Shown here in pieces: positions 36,611 to 47,666 of a stretch of 64,000 nt of DNA. Made by a program: the position numbers and the translations under genes. The stretch comes from Macrostomum lignano (Eukaryota): contig NIVC01003900.1 in assembly GCA_002269645.1 (NCBI GenBank), positions 6,822 to 70,821 of the forward strand, in the 5' to 3' direction. The notes below the pieces were generated by a model, which saw nothing but the letters and a program-made list of their open reading frames with translations, did not search any database and was not told the DNA's origin. How positions within the stretch are numbered: the stretch's first letter is position 1; each line of letters begins with the position of its first letter.

Positions 36611-38714
36611 GTTGAAGTTATGTGGTTAAATATAAATGTCAATGTCCTATATTTAAAAATAAAAAAATGCATGGCACAGCTTAATCCATTGGTTTTATAA
36701 ATATATTTTACCCTCTCTGTTACATAATTTGGTACATTCAGCTAAAATGATCATATATTTCAGATTCATTAAATTTCACATTATTAAGATATTTTTAAGG
36801 TTTTTAGGTATAGTGTATAGGACATACATAATTATACATAGAAAAAATAACATAGAAACCCTAATTTTTTAAACAAAAGCTTGATAAACATAAATAAAGC
36901 TATAAGAAAAACTAAAATAAAAAATATGAACATTAGGTCTACTTCCTATCAAAAGCAATAACAAATTTTTATAGTGAAAAACAAAGCACTTATTAGGCAC
37001 TTAGGTAAATGTGAAAATATTTGTAGTGTTATAATTTCTTGTTATGCTCGTAGACTTATATTTTTGTTTTTTTTGTTTGCTTCTTTGATCAAATTGACAT
37101 TGTCATAAATTTTAAAAATGAAGTTTTCATTAACTCATAAAACTTGATGCAAAAATCTTTATGGTAGTAGGCACTTCAGTGAGAAAATTAAATTTCAGAA
37201 ATTGTTATAGGCTGCTATTTCACTAGATAGATCTTACTTTCCCATTTCCAAAATGGCCAAACTTTAGTGATTTGGTTGAGTAATAAGGAAACTACAGCTA
37301 TTTTAGTAACCCCGATTTGTGCCTTTAGCCAATGGAATTTTTACATTACGGTTTGTGATCATTTTTGGCCAAAAAGTTGGCTTTTTGTCTTTGAACACTT
37401 GTAATTAATTTTCTAGCCAACCAAAATGACTGTGCTTGGTGTCATTTTGTTCAGTTTTTTAGTGTTAATTGTATGAATTATATATTTTAATATTATTTTA
37501 TATGCCCAAGTTGCTAAGCTAATTGAAACAGGATGGGTGTATGAAATTTTGACTATTTTAACCAGATACGCAATGATTGCAATTTTAAAAATACAATAGC
37601 ATCTGTTCTGCTTGCTTAATTTATACAAGGCTAGTGTCATTTTGTTCAGGTTTTTACCTACTATAATACTATTCTACTTCTTGCCCTAAATTTTTAATGC
37701 ATGACAGACACCCCAACTGCAATGTAATGTGCTGTACAGGCTTTGCGCATGGGTTTATTAAAAAATGGTTTTGCCTATCGTGTTCAGCATAGCAGAATTA
37801 GTTAAATGACATAGAGAACTAGTTTGCCGGAAGGCAGAGTCTCACAAAAAACACGAAATACACGTTTCAATGGGTGTTTTACATGTAAACGTATCAAAAA
37901 AAGAAACCTCCACAAAATTTTTGCGCCTATAGCTATTGGCAAGCGGTTTTTTTACTGTGCTTGTATTGTCAATAGGTAATGAAAAATATAAAGAGAAACA
38001 ATGCAGGAAAAGGATTTCATGGAAAATTTTGGATTTGAAATTTTGCATAGAGCCATATGGGCATTAAAAGAAAAAAAAATTTTTTTTTAACACCAGAAAA
38101 ATGTTTCTAAATTATCCCTTTACACTATAAAACCTTTGTTTCCATTATAAGAAACACATTGCAGCTAAGAAAAAGCATTTTCTGAACCACTGTTTTTTTA
38201 TTCATTTTGGCTTCAATTTTATATTCCTCCTAAAAAATGGTCAACTTTAAAAATAGACAGTGCAAAAAGTATAACAAAGCTAGACTTGCAGTTGGTGTCA
38301 TTTGAAAGAGCTCCTTTTTACCTTTTAAATGCATATTTTACTTTCATCCTGGCTTCTATAGTTTCTTTAAAATCGCCCTTGAAAAATTGGACTTTTTTCT
38401 TACTTTTTTGCCATTGGCATGCACTTCTTATAACTCACTGAAGTCCCTAATGGTAGCCTGTTAATGTTAGTAAAAACTCTTAGTCTTAATGCTTATTAAC
38501 ACTTATTAACAGACTGGTGCCCAATACTATACATTAGATTGCTATTATAATATATTAAAACAATACTATGGTATAGATAGAGTTCTAAGAGTGTTGCAAA
38601 GAAGATTGTTAGAAAATTGGGAGCAATGATTTCATGCAAAAGGGAGTAGTAAGAGTAAGTGCTGTGACCCTCTAATCTCGGTAATGCCTAGACAAGAGGA
38701 TTGTATATATAGTT

Positions 38715-39010
38715 ACCAACAACAACAACAACAAAATACACAACCCTGCATGCAAAGTTAGAGCAGGGCGCATCAGATGGCGCGCTGCAGAGCCTAGGAG
38801 CAAACAAAGTCAGCTCCATAGGCAGTGTTGGGCGCCCTAGCATTGCACAGCAGGCAGTCCACATATCGATGGGTTTGGGCCTGACCCTGCCTGAATGGAC
38901 CCTGCAAGGTGAGCAGCAGTGACCTCTTGAACAGGTTGGGGGCAGTAGCCCTCAGCCTGGATCACATAACCCACCAGTTGAAGTCACCACTGGTGCAAAA
39001 TGGTGGATGG
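38715..39010 (-). pseudogene. Old 3' fragment of the RTE family found at 41640-44820
   Basis: Translates, with stops and a frameshift, to LQLVGYVIQAEGYCPQPVQEV.LLTLQGPFRQGQAQTHRYVDCLL, versus LQLAGHLIRAESYCPQPVQEVLLLTLQAPYRRGQAQTRRYVDCLL in the young copy; same gtattttgttgttg tail. Confidence 0.85.
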
Positions 39011-41689
39011 GCGCTTAGTTACCAGTAAGACAATTTAGGCCAAATCTACTAAGAATGCTACCAGAATGCTACCAGAATAGTATTAAAAATAAAAAATTAG
39101 GACAATAGGATTTAGTACAACTTTAGTGGCTTTACAGTAAGATAGAAGTTACCCCTGACAACTTTGGTGGCATTAGTGGGATTTCTTATTGTGTAGGAAC
39201 CAGTGCTACAACACTTATTATGAATTTTTATTGTAGTGCAAAGGCATTACATGCAATCAAGTCATTTAAAGTCTTGTGCGTTGGTCCATTTATCAAATTG
39301 CAGCCATTTGTTGTCTTGGTGTCTTTTTTCCTAATTGTTAAGTAGCATTTCCAGGGTTGCTAGAAGATTATCATTGATTCTAAATTGGAGTCTTGGTGGC
39401 CTCGAGCAAGTCTGGGGCCAGTTTTTTGTGCTAGGGCATGCCAACCCTGTCCAAGGCCAAGATGACAGAGGTGCAGTGCCTCCCCACCCAGCTGCTCGAG
39501 ATGCTAAATGTGGCAGCCACCACTGGCAACTTGCGGAAAGACCCAGTCTGGACCCAGAAGGTTGTCCAAGCTACTATGGCAGTCTGCCAGCTGGCAGTTG
39601 AGACTGTCTGCCAGATAGTAACCACTTGCGCTGGCTGGATCCAGGGCACCCAGTGGCCAATAGCCAATGCCTTCTTGTGGCATGCCGGGGCATGCCTGGC
39701 ACCTGATAGCCTGCCACTGGCCTTGCTACATGCAACCCTGCAGGCCTGCCAAGTGGGCTTTAGCTGTACTACCCACCAACTGGCTAAGGCCCCCACAGCA
39801 ACATGGCATAGCCTGCTGCTAGGACAAGCGCTGAGTAAGATACTAACCATAGTATTTAGGACTTTTTAATTTTTTTGTTGGCTTGCAGGGGATTTAGTAG
39901 GCAAGGCCTTTACTAGTCCCATAAAATGTGATTTTATTTTCCTCTTTGTGGATTTTACTCACCAAATTAACATTATACATGCTGACATCATTTCTCTATG
40001 TGGAAATCCCCTTTTTTTCTTAGTGTATTTTGGGCTCCCACTCCTTATAACTTTTGTTTTATTGTGTAAGTAGCAGGGTACACCCAGTATTTACTTGTCA
40101 CCACCCAATGTACCTGATCATTTTCTATTGCACGTTATGCTCTTCTTACCACTAATTGCTCTAATTACAATTTTATTTCCCAAAAATTAGTTAAATTGCA
40201 ATTTGCTTTTGTAAGTCACTTGTAATTAGTGCAATTCTAGTCAAATGTTTTATTTTCCACTTACAGTAGAATACTTAGAATATTAAATTGTACAGATTAT
40301 AACTTGATTATGAATTTTTATATATTATATATATAGTATATCAATATTTATCTATATCATAGAGTTGGTGTAGTGACTTGGCTTGTATTGTATGGGGTGC
40401 TGAGGGGGTTGCTGCGTACACTTTACCATTGTGCTCTTTAACTCTCCTTTGCTTGTTCTTTTGTGCATATGTGCACGTGACTAATATGTCCATTTTGCAG
40501 TTCCAAAATTATTGATCAGTTAAAATACTATTTTGACAAATACATTTATAAATGATTTTATCATGCTATCACATAAGCATCTCTCTGCCACACAAACTAA
40601 GTGAAGTTTTTACAGTTGGCCTATTGTATAGACTATAGATCAGATAGAGAGGTGGCATATAAGGCTGGCCCTATAAGATTTCTGATTTCACCTCACCTAT
40701 AAATGTAATTTAACTTAGTTAGCTATGGTAGCACACTTGCCTTAGGCATATTGCTTTGTGATAGTGTGATATATTTCAGTAAATATACTATATGTAACAT
40801 ACTTTTTTACATATAGGCCTACTAAATGCAAAAATGCAATCATAAATTGTTGCAATTGGCATAAATTAGTTTTGTTTTTTAAACTTGTTTGTTATTTTCT
40901 AATAGGCAAGCATGTATTTATATGCATAAGGAAAATCCATAAACCATGTATTCTATAAAACATAAATCAATGCAGTATATTACTGTGATGAATTGAGATT
41001 GAGACAAAGTGATTGAATTGGCTTGAGCTGCAAGTTGTAGACAGCATTTCTAAACTGACGTGTTGGTCCTTTATATTGTATTATAGAACTGAGTACATGT
41101 AGTTAGGACAAACGATGTACATTGCAAAGAAGTACTGTATGCATAAATAGAAATTGATCAGTTCAGTGCAGGGGGAGGGTCTACAATGGTAAGCTAAAAT
41201 TGAGCAGCCAAGTGCACAAAGCAGTATAGTTCAAATTGGTATAAGACAACCAATTCATAATTACTTGTATATATTACTAGTAACAGCAAGAAAAAAAGAA
41301 AAATTACAATTTAATTGTCACAATTGTAATCTAATTATAATCTGCTTGTTGAGATTGCAATTTAAATATAATTTTTTTATCAAGATTGACAATCAATTGC
41401 CATTGCCAATTAATTTGCAATAATTTCCTAGTTTGGTTAACTCAATTGTAATTAATGTTCAATTATCACAATTTTAGGCATCTTTAGAATAAACAGCAAA
41501 CAATGTATATTTATGATATCTAGTATATGTTTATTTGTTTTTTTTTAAATTGCTGTTTAATAATCTAGAAATCCCTTTACCCTGTGCATAGCTGCTATTT
41601 AGTCAATCTGGCAATAGGACAAATCCAGCAACAAACAGTCCTTAACAACAAAACAACAAAATACGCTGTCATGATGGTAAAAGTCAGCG

Positions 41690-44556
41690 TCACAGGGCGC
41701 GCTTCATGGCTTGGGCGCGAACAAAGGCCGCGCCACCGGCAGTGTCCGGGGCGCCGGCGTCAGCCAGCAGACAGTCGACATAACGCCGAGTTTGCGCTTG
41801 ACCTCGCCGGTAGGGTGCCTGCAGCGTGAGCAGCAGCACCTCCTGCACCGGCTGTGGGCAGTACGACTCGGCGCGGATGAGATGGCCTGCGAGCTGGAGT
41901 CGCCGACGGCGCAGTAGATCACTTGGACGTGGCAGGCCAGCGCGGCGATAGAGTGCCGCGTTGGTGACTCGCTCGACGCCGATGTTGAAGGCGGCGCGCA
42001 GCAGACCAGCGTGCGCCGCATCGACTTGCTGTTCGAGTGAGTCCGTCAGCGTCCAGGTCTCGGCGTTGTACAGCAGGACGGTCTCGATTACCGCCTGGAA
42101 CAGCGCCGCCCTCTGGCGGTCCGGTAGGGCCTCGGACTGCAGGACTGCCCTCACAGAACGAAAGGCAGCCCAGGCAAGCCCGCGGCGGCGTCGCAGGTCC
42201 TCGCGAGCGTCTGGAACCAGACCGCCGAGGTAGACGAACTGCTGACATCGCGGGAGTTCGGTCGCCTGCCCGTCAGCGCCTCGGCAAAATATTGCAGCCT
42301 CGATGTCGTCCGGCACGCAGAGCACAACGGTCTTCTGCGTGTTGACCACCAGGCCGACACTCGCCGCAACGGCAACCAGCCTGTCCAGCTGCCGTTGGGC
42401 GCCCTCGACGGTCGAGGACAGCAGGGCGAGGTCGTCGGCGTAGCCAAGCACGCTGAGCCGCTTCTCCGGTTGACGTCGACCCACGCGTCGCTGCAGCAGA
42501 AAACCGTCGTCGTCGGTAGGAAGAGCAGTCCGCAGCACCCAGTCAAGCACCAGGACGAACAGAAACGGCGCCAGCGTATCTCCCTGAAGCACTCCGGAGG
42601 ATGTCTCAAAGGGGTCCGATAGGCCGTCCGGTGTTGTCACAGCAGCTGTCGTATCACGGTACATCGCCATGACGGCGGAGATCAGCTGCTCAGGCACGTT
42701 GTACGCGCGGAGCACCATTGGAAGCACGGCTCTGACAACCGAGTCGAATGCCTTCTTGAAATCAATAAAGATTAAAATCAGTATCGACTGACGAATCCGC
42801 GCCTCCTCGATGACTCGGCGAAGAGCCAGGATCTGCGCCACTGTGCCGCGATGGGGCCGGAACCCGTTCTGCTCTGGGCGCAGGTACGGATCCAGCACGG
42901 GCTGCAACCGCGAAAGCAGCATCCGGTTGAACAGCTTCGCTGCACAGGACTGAAGGCAGATGCCTCGATGGTCTTCAAGCCTAGTGGTGCCCGGCTTCTT
43001 TGGAACAGCGACGATGTGCGCCGTGGTCCATTCGTTGGGCGCCGCCTCACCGAAGAGCACGCGGTTCATCACTCTGGCGACCTCAGCGGCCACACAGGGG
43101 ATGCGCAGCGCCTCGATGGGCACCTCGTCCGGACCCAGCGCTTTCCCGCCCGGTGACTGCTGGGCGAGCTTGACAACGTCGGCTGCGTTGACTGGGGCTA
43201 CGCTGAAACTCTCCTCTGCCGGCAGCGGCGTCTCCGGCGGCAGCGTCAGACTGTCTGGCAGCGGGGGTGGCGGCGCGTTGACGATGGCGGCGAAGAACTC
43301 GCGCAGCTCGTTCCTACGCTCGTCCGGCGTGTCACCAGCCAGGTTCAGCGGATTGCGCCGCTTTCGTCCCGTCAGAGCGTTGATGGCGGACCAGGCCACG
43401 CGCCCTCTGGCATCGGGCCCAGCGGCAGAGACAGCCTGAATGGCGTCATCGACAGCCGCTTGTTGGCGCTGCAGGTAGACAGCTGCCAGAGCTGCCTCTG
43501 CCTCGCGGGTTGGTCGCCTGCTCAAGCGGAGCTTCTCCAGATCTTCCCTCGCTGCCTGAATCGCGGGGTCGTCCTGCCAGACCGGCTGCCCACGTTGAGC
43601 CGGCTGCATCATCGGGACTGCTTGCTCCGCGGCGGTTCTGATTGCAGCGCACACTTCCGCATACTCGGCACTTCCACGCTTGTCGCCCAGCGCGGTGTTA
43701 AAGGCGCTAGCAAAGCGACGCTGCGTATCGGTGGCTCTGAGCGCGCGGTAGTAGCGCCGCGGTGGCCGCTTCGGCGGACGGTAGAGCGGATCGCGAAGGT
43801 TGAGGTCGCAGATGAGGAGCCGGTGATCGGACCGCAGAGCCAGCGGCGTGATGGTGCGGCAGTTGACGGCGCGACGACGCTCACGGAAACGCACGAGCAC
43901 GTGGTCGAGCTGTGCTTGTCTCCGGGTTGCGTTCCTGCCACGCGCGTTCCGTCGCCTCCGCTTGCAGCCCACGAAGGTTGCGAGACCGCTCAGTGGCTTG
44001 CGGAAGCGGGTGTTGGCCGACACCATGTCCTGCCTCTCCAGGAAGTCCTCTAGTGCCTCGGTGTTGTTGTTCCCGCGTGGCGTCACGAACAGCGACCTCT
44101 CGGACCTACGCAGGACTGCGTTCAGGTCTCCGAGGGCGACCGCTGTGTCACGCTGCGCCGTCGCCTCTACCTGCACTGAGAGCTGCTCGAAAAACTCTTG
44201 AGCCTCGTTAGGGCGTGTGGCAGGGGGCGCGTACGCGCAGAACAGGCGAGCATTCCGACCGCGTAGCCGGACGTCGATCCGAAGCAACCGGGGGACAGGG
44301 AGATGCAGCGACAGCTCTGCTGCAGCCTCGGCCCGATCAGCGCTCCAACTCCTCCACGGCCTCGCTGGTCCGCAGAAGTATAGTAGAGGGTCCACCCGGC
44401 GCCCAAGTCCTCACAATGAAGTCCCGGGTCGGCCTTGATAGACACCTCCTGCAGCGAGATGATGTCGCAGCTCAGGTCGTACGCCAGCTTCGCCAGCACC
44501 CCTCTACGCCAAGCAGCCTTGAGAGTGCGGCAGTTCAGCGTCCCGACCCGAAGCAT
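41690..44556 (-). CDS. RTE ORF (AP endonuclease plus reverse transcriptase), one frameshift at about 44290
   Basis: MLRVGTLNCRTL, LQEV, GGVG, GDLNA, QLDHVL, SDHRLL; LQGDTLAPFLF, GYADDLAL, YLGG, VIETVLLYNAETWTLT. Adding one C gives a 955-aa ORF. Confidence 0.92.
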
Positions 44557-44735
44557 GCCCTGTGGTACGGCTGGGGCTCGATGCAGTTGAGCCTCACGGT
44601 CCCCGGCGCCACCCGGAGGATCCGAGTGGACCCGCGCGGCAGCTCGACGGGCGGCGCCACGCAGCCGGCCTCGTCGGTTCCGCTCACGCCGGCGCTCAAC
44701 ACGCCGACGGGCGCTCCGCTGCCCTCGCTTGGTCC

Positions 44736-44820
44736 TGCCGCATTTGGCCGCCGCAGCAGTTAAGCGCGGCTCTCCGCTCTGACCACGAGGAGGTAGCGGC
44801 ATTTATCTGCACCGTGGTGC
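44736..44820 (-). ncRNA. HDV-like ribozyme candidate at the RTE 5' end; the P1 5' strand appears missing
   Basis: P2 UGCCGC/GCGGCA, P3 ACC/GGU closing L3 UCCUCGU, then CAGAGC plus GG (P1 3' strand and P1.1), P4 GCCGC/GCGGC, J4/2 CAAA. Confidence 0.6.
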
Positions 44821-45340
44821 AAATAAATTAAGACTGCAAATAAATTAAGACTGCAAATAAATTAAGACTGCAAATAAATTAAGACTGCAAATAAATTAAG
44901 ACTGCAAATAAATTAAGACTGCAAATAAATTAAGACTGCAAATAAATTAAGACTGCAAATAAATTAAGACTGCAAATAAATTAAGACTGCAAATAAATTA
45001 AGACTGCAAATAAATTAAGACTGCAAATAAATTAAGACTGCAAATAAATTAAGACTGCAAATAAATTAAGACTGCAAATAAATTAAGACTGCAAATAAAT
45101 TAAGACTGCAAATAAATTAAGACTGCAAATAAATTAAGACTGCAAATAAATTAAGACTGCAAATAAATTAAGACTGCAAATAAATTAAGACTGCAAATAA
45201 ATTAAGACTGCAAATAAATTAAGACTGCAAATAAATTAAGACTGCAAATAAATTAAGACTGCAAATAAATTAAGACTGCAAATAAATTAAGACTGCAAAT
45301 AAATTAAGACGCAAATAAATTAAGACGCAAATAAATTAAG
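44819..45340. repeat. Near-perfect 17-bp tandem array, about 30 copies
   Basis: gcaaataaattaagact. Confidence 0.97.
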
Positions 45341-46750
45341 TCCTTAAAGAATGTTTATATTTTAGGATTGTCGAATTTTAATTTAAGTTTTTGTGCAAGT
45401 GTCTTTTGATATATATTGGTTCACCTACTATAGCCCTTATAAGTGACAAGATGTTGCAGAAGAAACTATATAGTCTTTATATTTCTTATAAAAATTGCAT
45501 TTTAGCAAAAATAAGTCTTCTATAGTGCCTAATCAATCATGAATTAATATAATTCTTAGCAATGAAAACTAATTAATTGAACTTTTATGACTTTTAGCAC
45601 ATTAGGCCTACCAATCAAGTTTTCAATGAATTGATTTTTGGCAAAAAAGCATTCGACAAATGGGTACTGGACCAGACTAATTGTTTGCCTTTGCTAGCTA
45701 TCCATCTACAGGCAGAAGAATGGTCCAAATTGAAAAGTTTTAAAAAATTTCAAGACATGCTGCACTAATAAGCAATAAGATTCTAAAATGTTTTTCACTT
45801 TTTAAATAATTGTATTCTAGAATTTTTTAAAATAAAGAAAAAGTTGAATTTGTTAAAAGTATATACTTTTTTAGAATTTGTTTGTGAAATGCATGTATAC
45901 ATGTACATATGTTATATATTTGTCATATAAATGTAGAATGATAAATATCTCAGAGCAGCAATATAATATAACAAGTTCAAGTTGAATGTGCCATTATTTT
46001 GGGGATAGGCCTATTGTTTGGTAAAATAGGATATCTGCTAGTTGCTTATGCCAAACTTAATGAGTGACATAAATGACTATAAAAAAGTTAGGAACTCTAC
46101 TTACTATGCTTGCTATAAGTTACTATAATGTCTGTACTCTATTGCCAATATGACTTGTTGCTCAGAGTCAAACAACTATTGTCAAAGCATCTTGTCACTA
46201 TGTCTTAAATAGTAGAAACCTAACCTAAGTTGGTTAGGGCCTACTACATCCACTATTTAGCACTAGCAGATGAATAATAGTCCACTGGCCAATTGCCTAG
46301 GGCAGAGGAATAGTCTAGCAGACATATTGACTTTTGGCAAAAAGGTTTTTGGCAAATTTACAAATTATCTAGCATTTATTTTATTTAAAAATCTAGGGGG
46401 CCTAATTTAATTAGATTGCGAGGACTTAGCACACAATAAGATGTGCATAGGCCTAGTTAATCGTCTTATTTATCTAATTATGCAAAAAATAAAAAAAAAT
46501 CTTTTTCACTTCCAGCACAATTTTTATTATGGATATATGCTACCTTACCCCTGGCCCTACCTACTTGTACGCCATTTTATTTACTAGGCTCACAGTTTTT
46601 AAGCAAATAAAAAAGAAAAAAATGGCAAGTAGGGATAGCAACGTCCTACTGCTTGTTTGAAAAAGGATTATTATCATTATCTAATCTATTGCTTTTATTT
46701 AACAAGTAAAAAATCCGAAACAGATATGCTAAATCCAATCACAATACACT

Positions 46751-47020
46751 GAGGCTTTTCATATTACCAATTCCAGAATCAGAATCGGTTCGGATCTTCC
46801 AAGAAAAACAGCAGTAACTAGGCCTATTTAATTTTGTTGAATGTTTGACTGACTTAACAACCTCACTTAGCAAAATTTTTCACTTTCTTCTTGGCGATTG
46901 TCATTCAATAATAAAAACTTTATAGCACGTATCTCCCTCTAGTTATGGAGACAAAAGTTATACCTCACATCACAAATTGGTTCTGGTTCTGCAACCAGAA
47001 CAAGCAATATGAAAAGGCTC
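46751..47020. mobile_element. MITE, PIF/Harbinger-like, copy 1 (270 bp)
   Basis: 15-bp TIRs GAGGCTTTTCATATT / AATATGAAAAGGCTC (one mismatch), 3-bp TSD ACT. Confidence 0.8.
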
Positions 47021-47041
47021 ACTGAGGACGATGACGAAACA

Positions 47042-47309
47042 GGGCCTTTTCATATTACCAATTCCAGAACCAGAATCGGTTCGGAATTCCAAGAAAAACA
47101 GCAGTATAACTATTAAACTCTGTTAATATTTGACTGCCTTAACAACCTAACTTAGCACAATTTTTCACTTTCTTCTTGGTGATTGTGACATTGTCATTCA
47201 ATAATAAAAACTTTATAGTACGTATCTCCCTCTAGTTATGGAGACAAAAAGTTATACTTCACAAATTGGTTCTGGTTCTGGAACCAGAGCAAGCAATATG
47301 AAAAGGCCC
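47042..47309. mobile_element. MITE, same family, copy 2 (268 bp)
   Basis: Perfect TIRs GGGCCTTTTCATATT / AATATGAAAAGGCCC, 3-bp TSD ACA. Confidence 0.82.
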
Positions 47310-47319
47310 ACAGACAATC

Positions 47320-47666
47320 GTCATCAGTTAGTAAGCAGCGTCGTCGTCACTTGCAAGCAGGCATACCATGGGATTTAAATCTTAAGATGAAATAATATTA
47401 ACTAAGCAAAAAAAATTTAAGGATAAAATAATAATAAGTTAAAGACAAAATTTTTAAAGTAGCTTCAAATTGTTTTTTTGTATTTAAATTAAAAACAAAA
47501 AAGCTAATTTTTGCTTACGACTTTAGTTTTCGGTTGGTAGTAGCCTGCAGTTCTTTAAATTTCAATGCCGTGTTAAATTATCTGCTGGGCCGTCCGTCCG
47601 TCCAGATAAACTTTAGCTGTTGTTAGTGATTTTTTCCCGCTAATTTCGTTCATTTGAGTTAAATCA
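47320..47666. promoter_or_regulatory. Probable SPS2 promoter, possibly bidirectional
   Basis: Small CpG-retaining patch inside CpG-depleted DNA, directly upstream of the SPS2 ATG; minus-strand ATG|GTATGC at 47369-47361. Confidence 0.4.

Larger units (their letters stand above)
41640..44820 (-). mobile_element. Young RTE/RTEX-clade non-LTR retrotransposon
   Basis: Single APE-RT ORF, GC- and CpG-rich against AT-rich flanks, (TTG)-like 3' tail. Confidence 0.92.

Noticed and set aside
28070-44831. Many 60-235 aa antisense or alternate-frame ORFs over the two LINEs
   Set aside because: Expected shadows of GC-rich coding sequence, with no independent motifs.
47021-47041. Hammerhead-like CTGAGGA...GAAAC between the two MITEs
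   Set aside because: Stem II cannot close while leaving G12 free, and no stems I/III are evident; it is the 21-bp host spacer.
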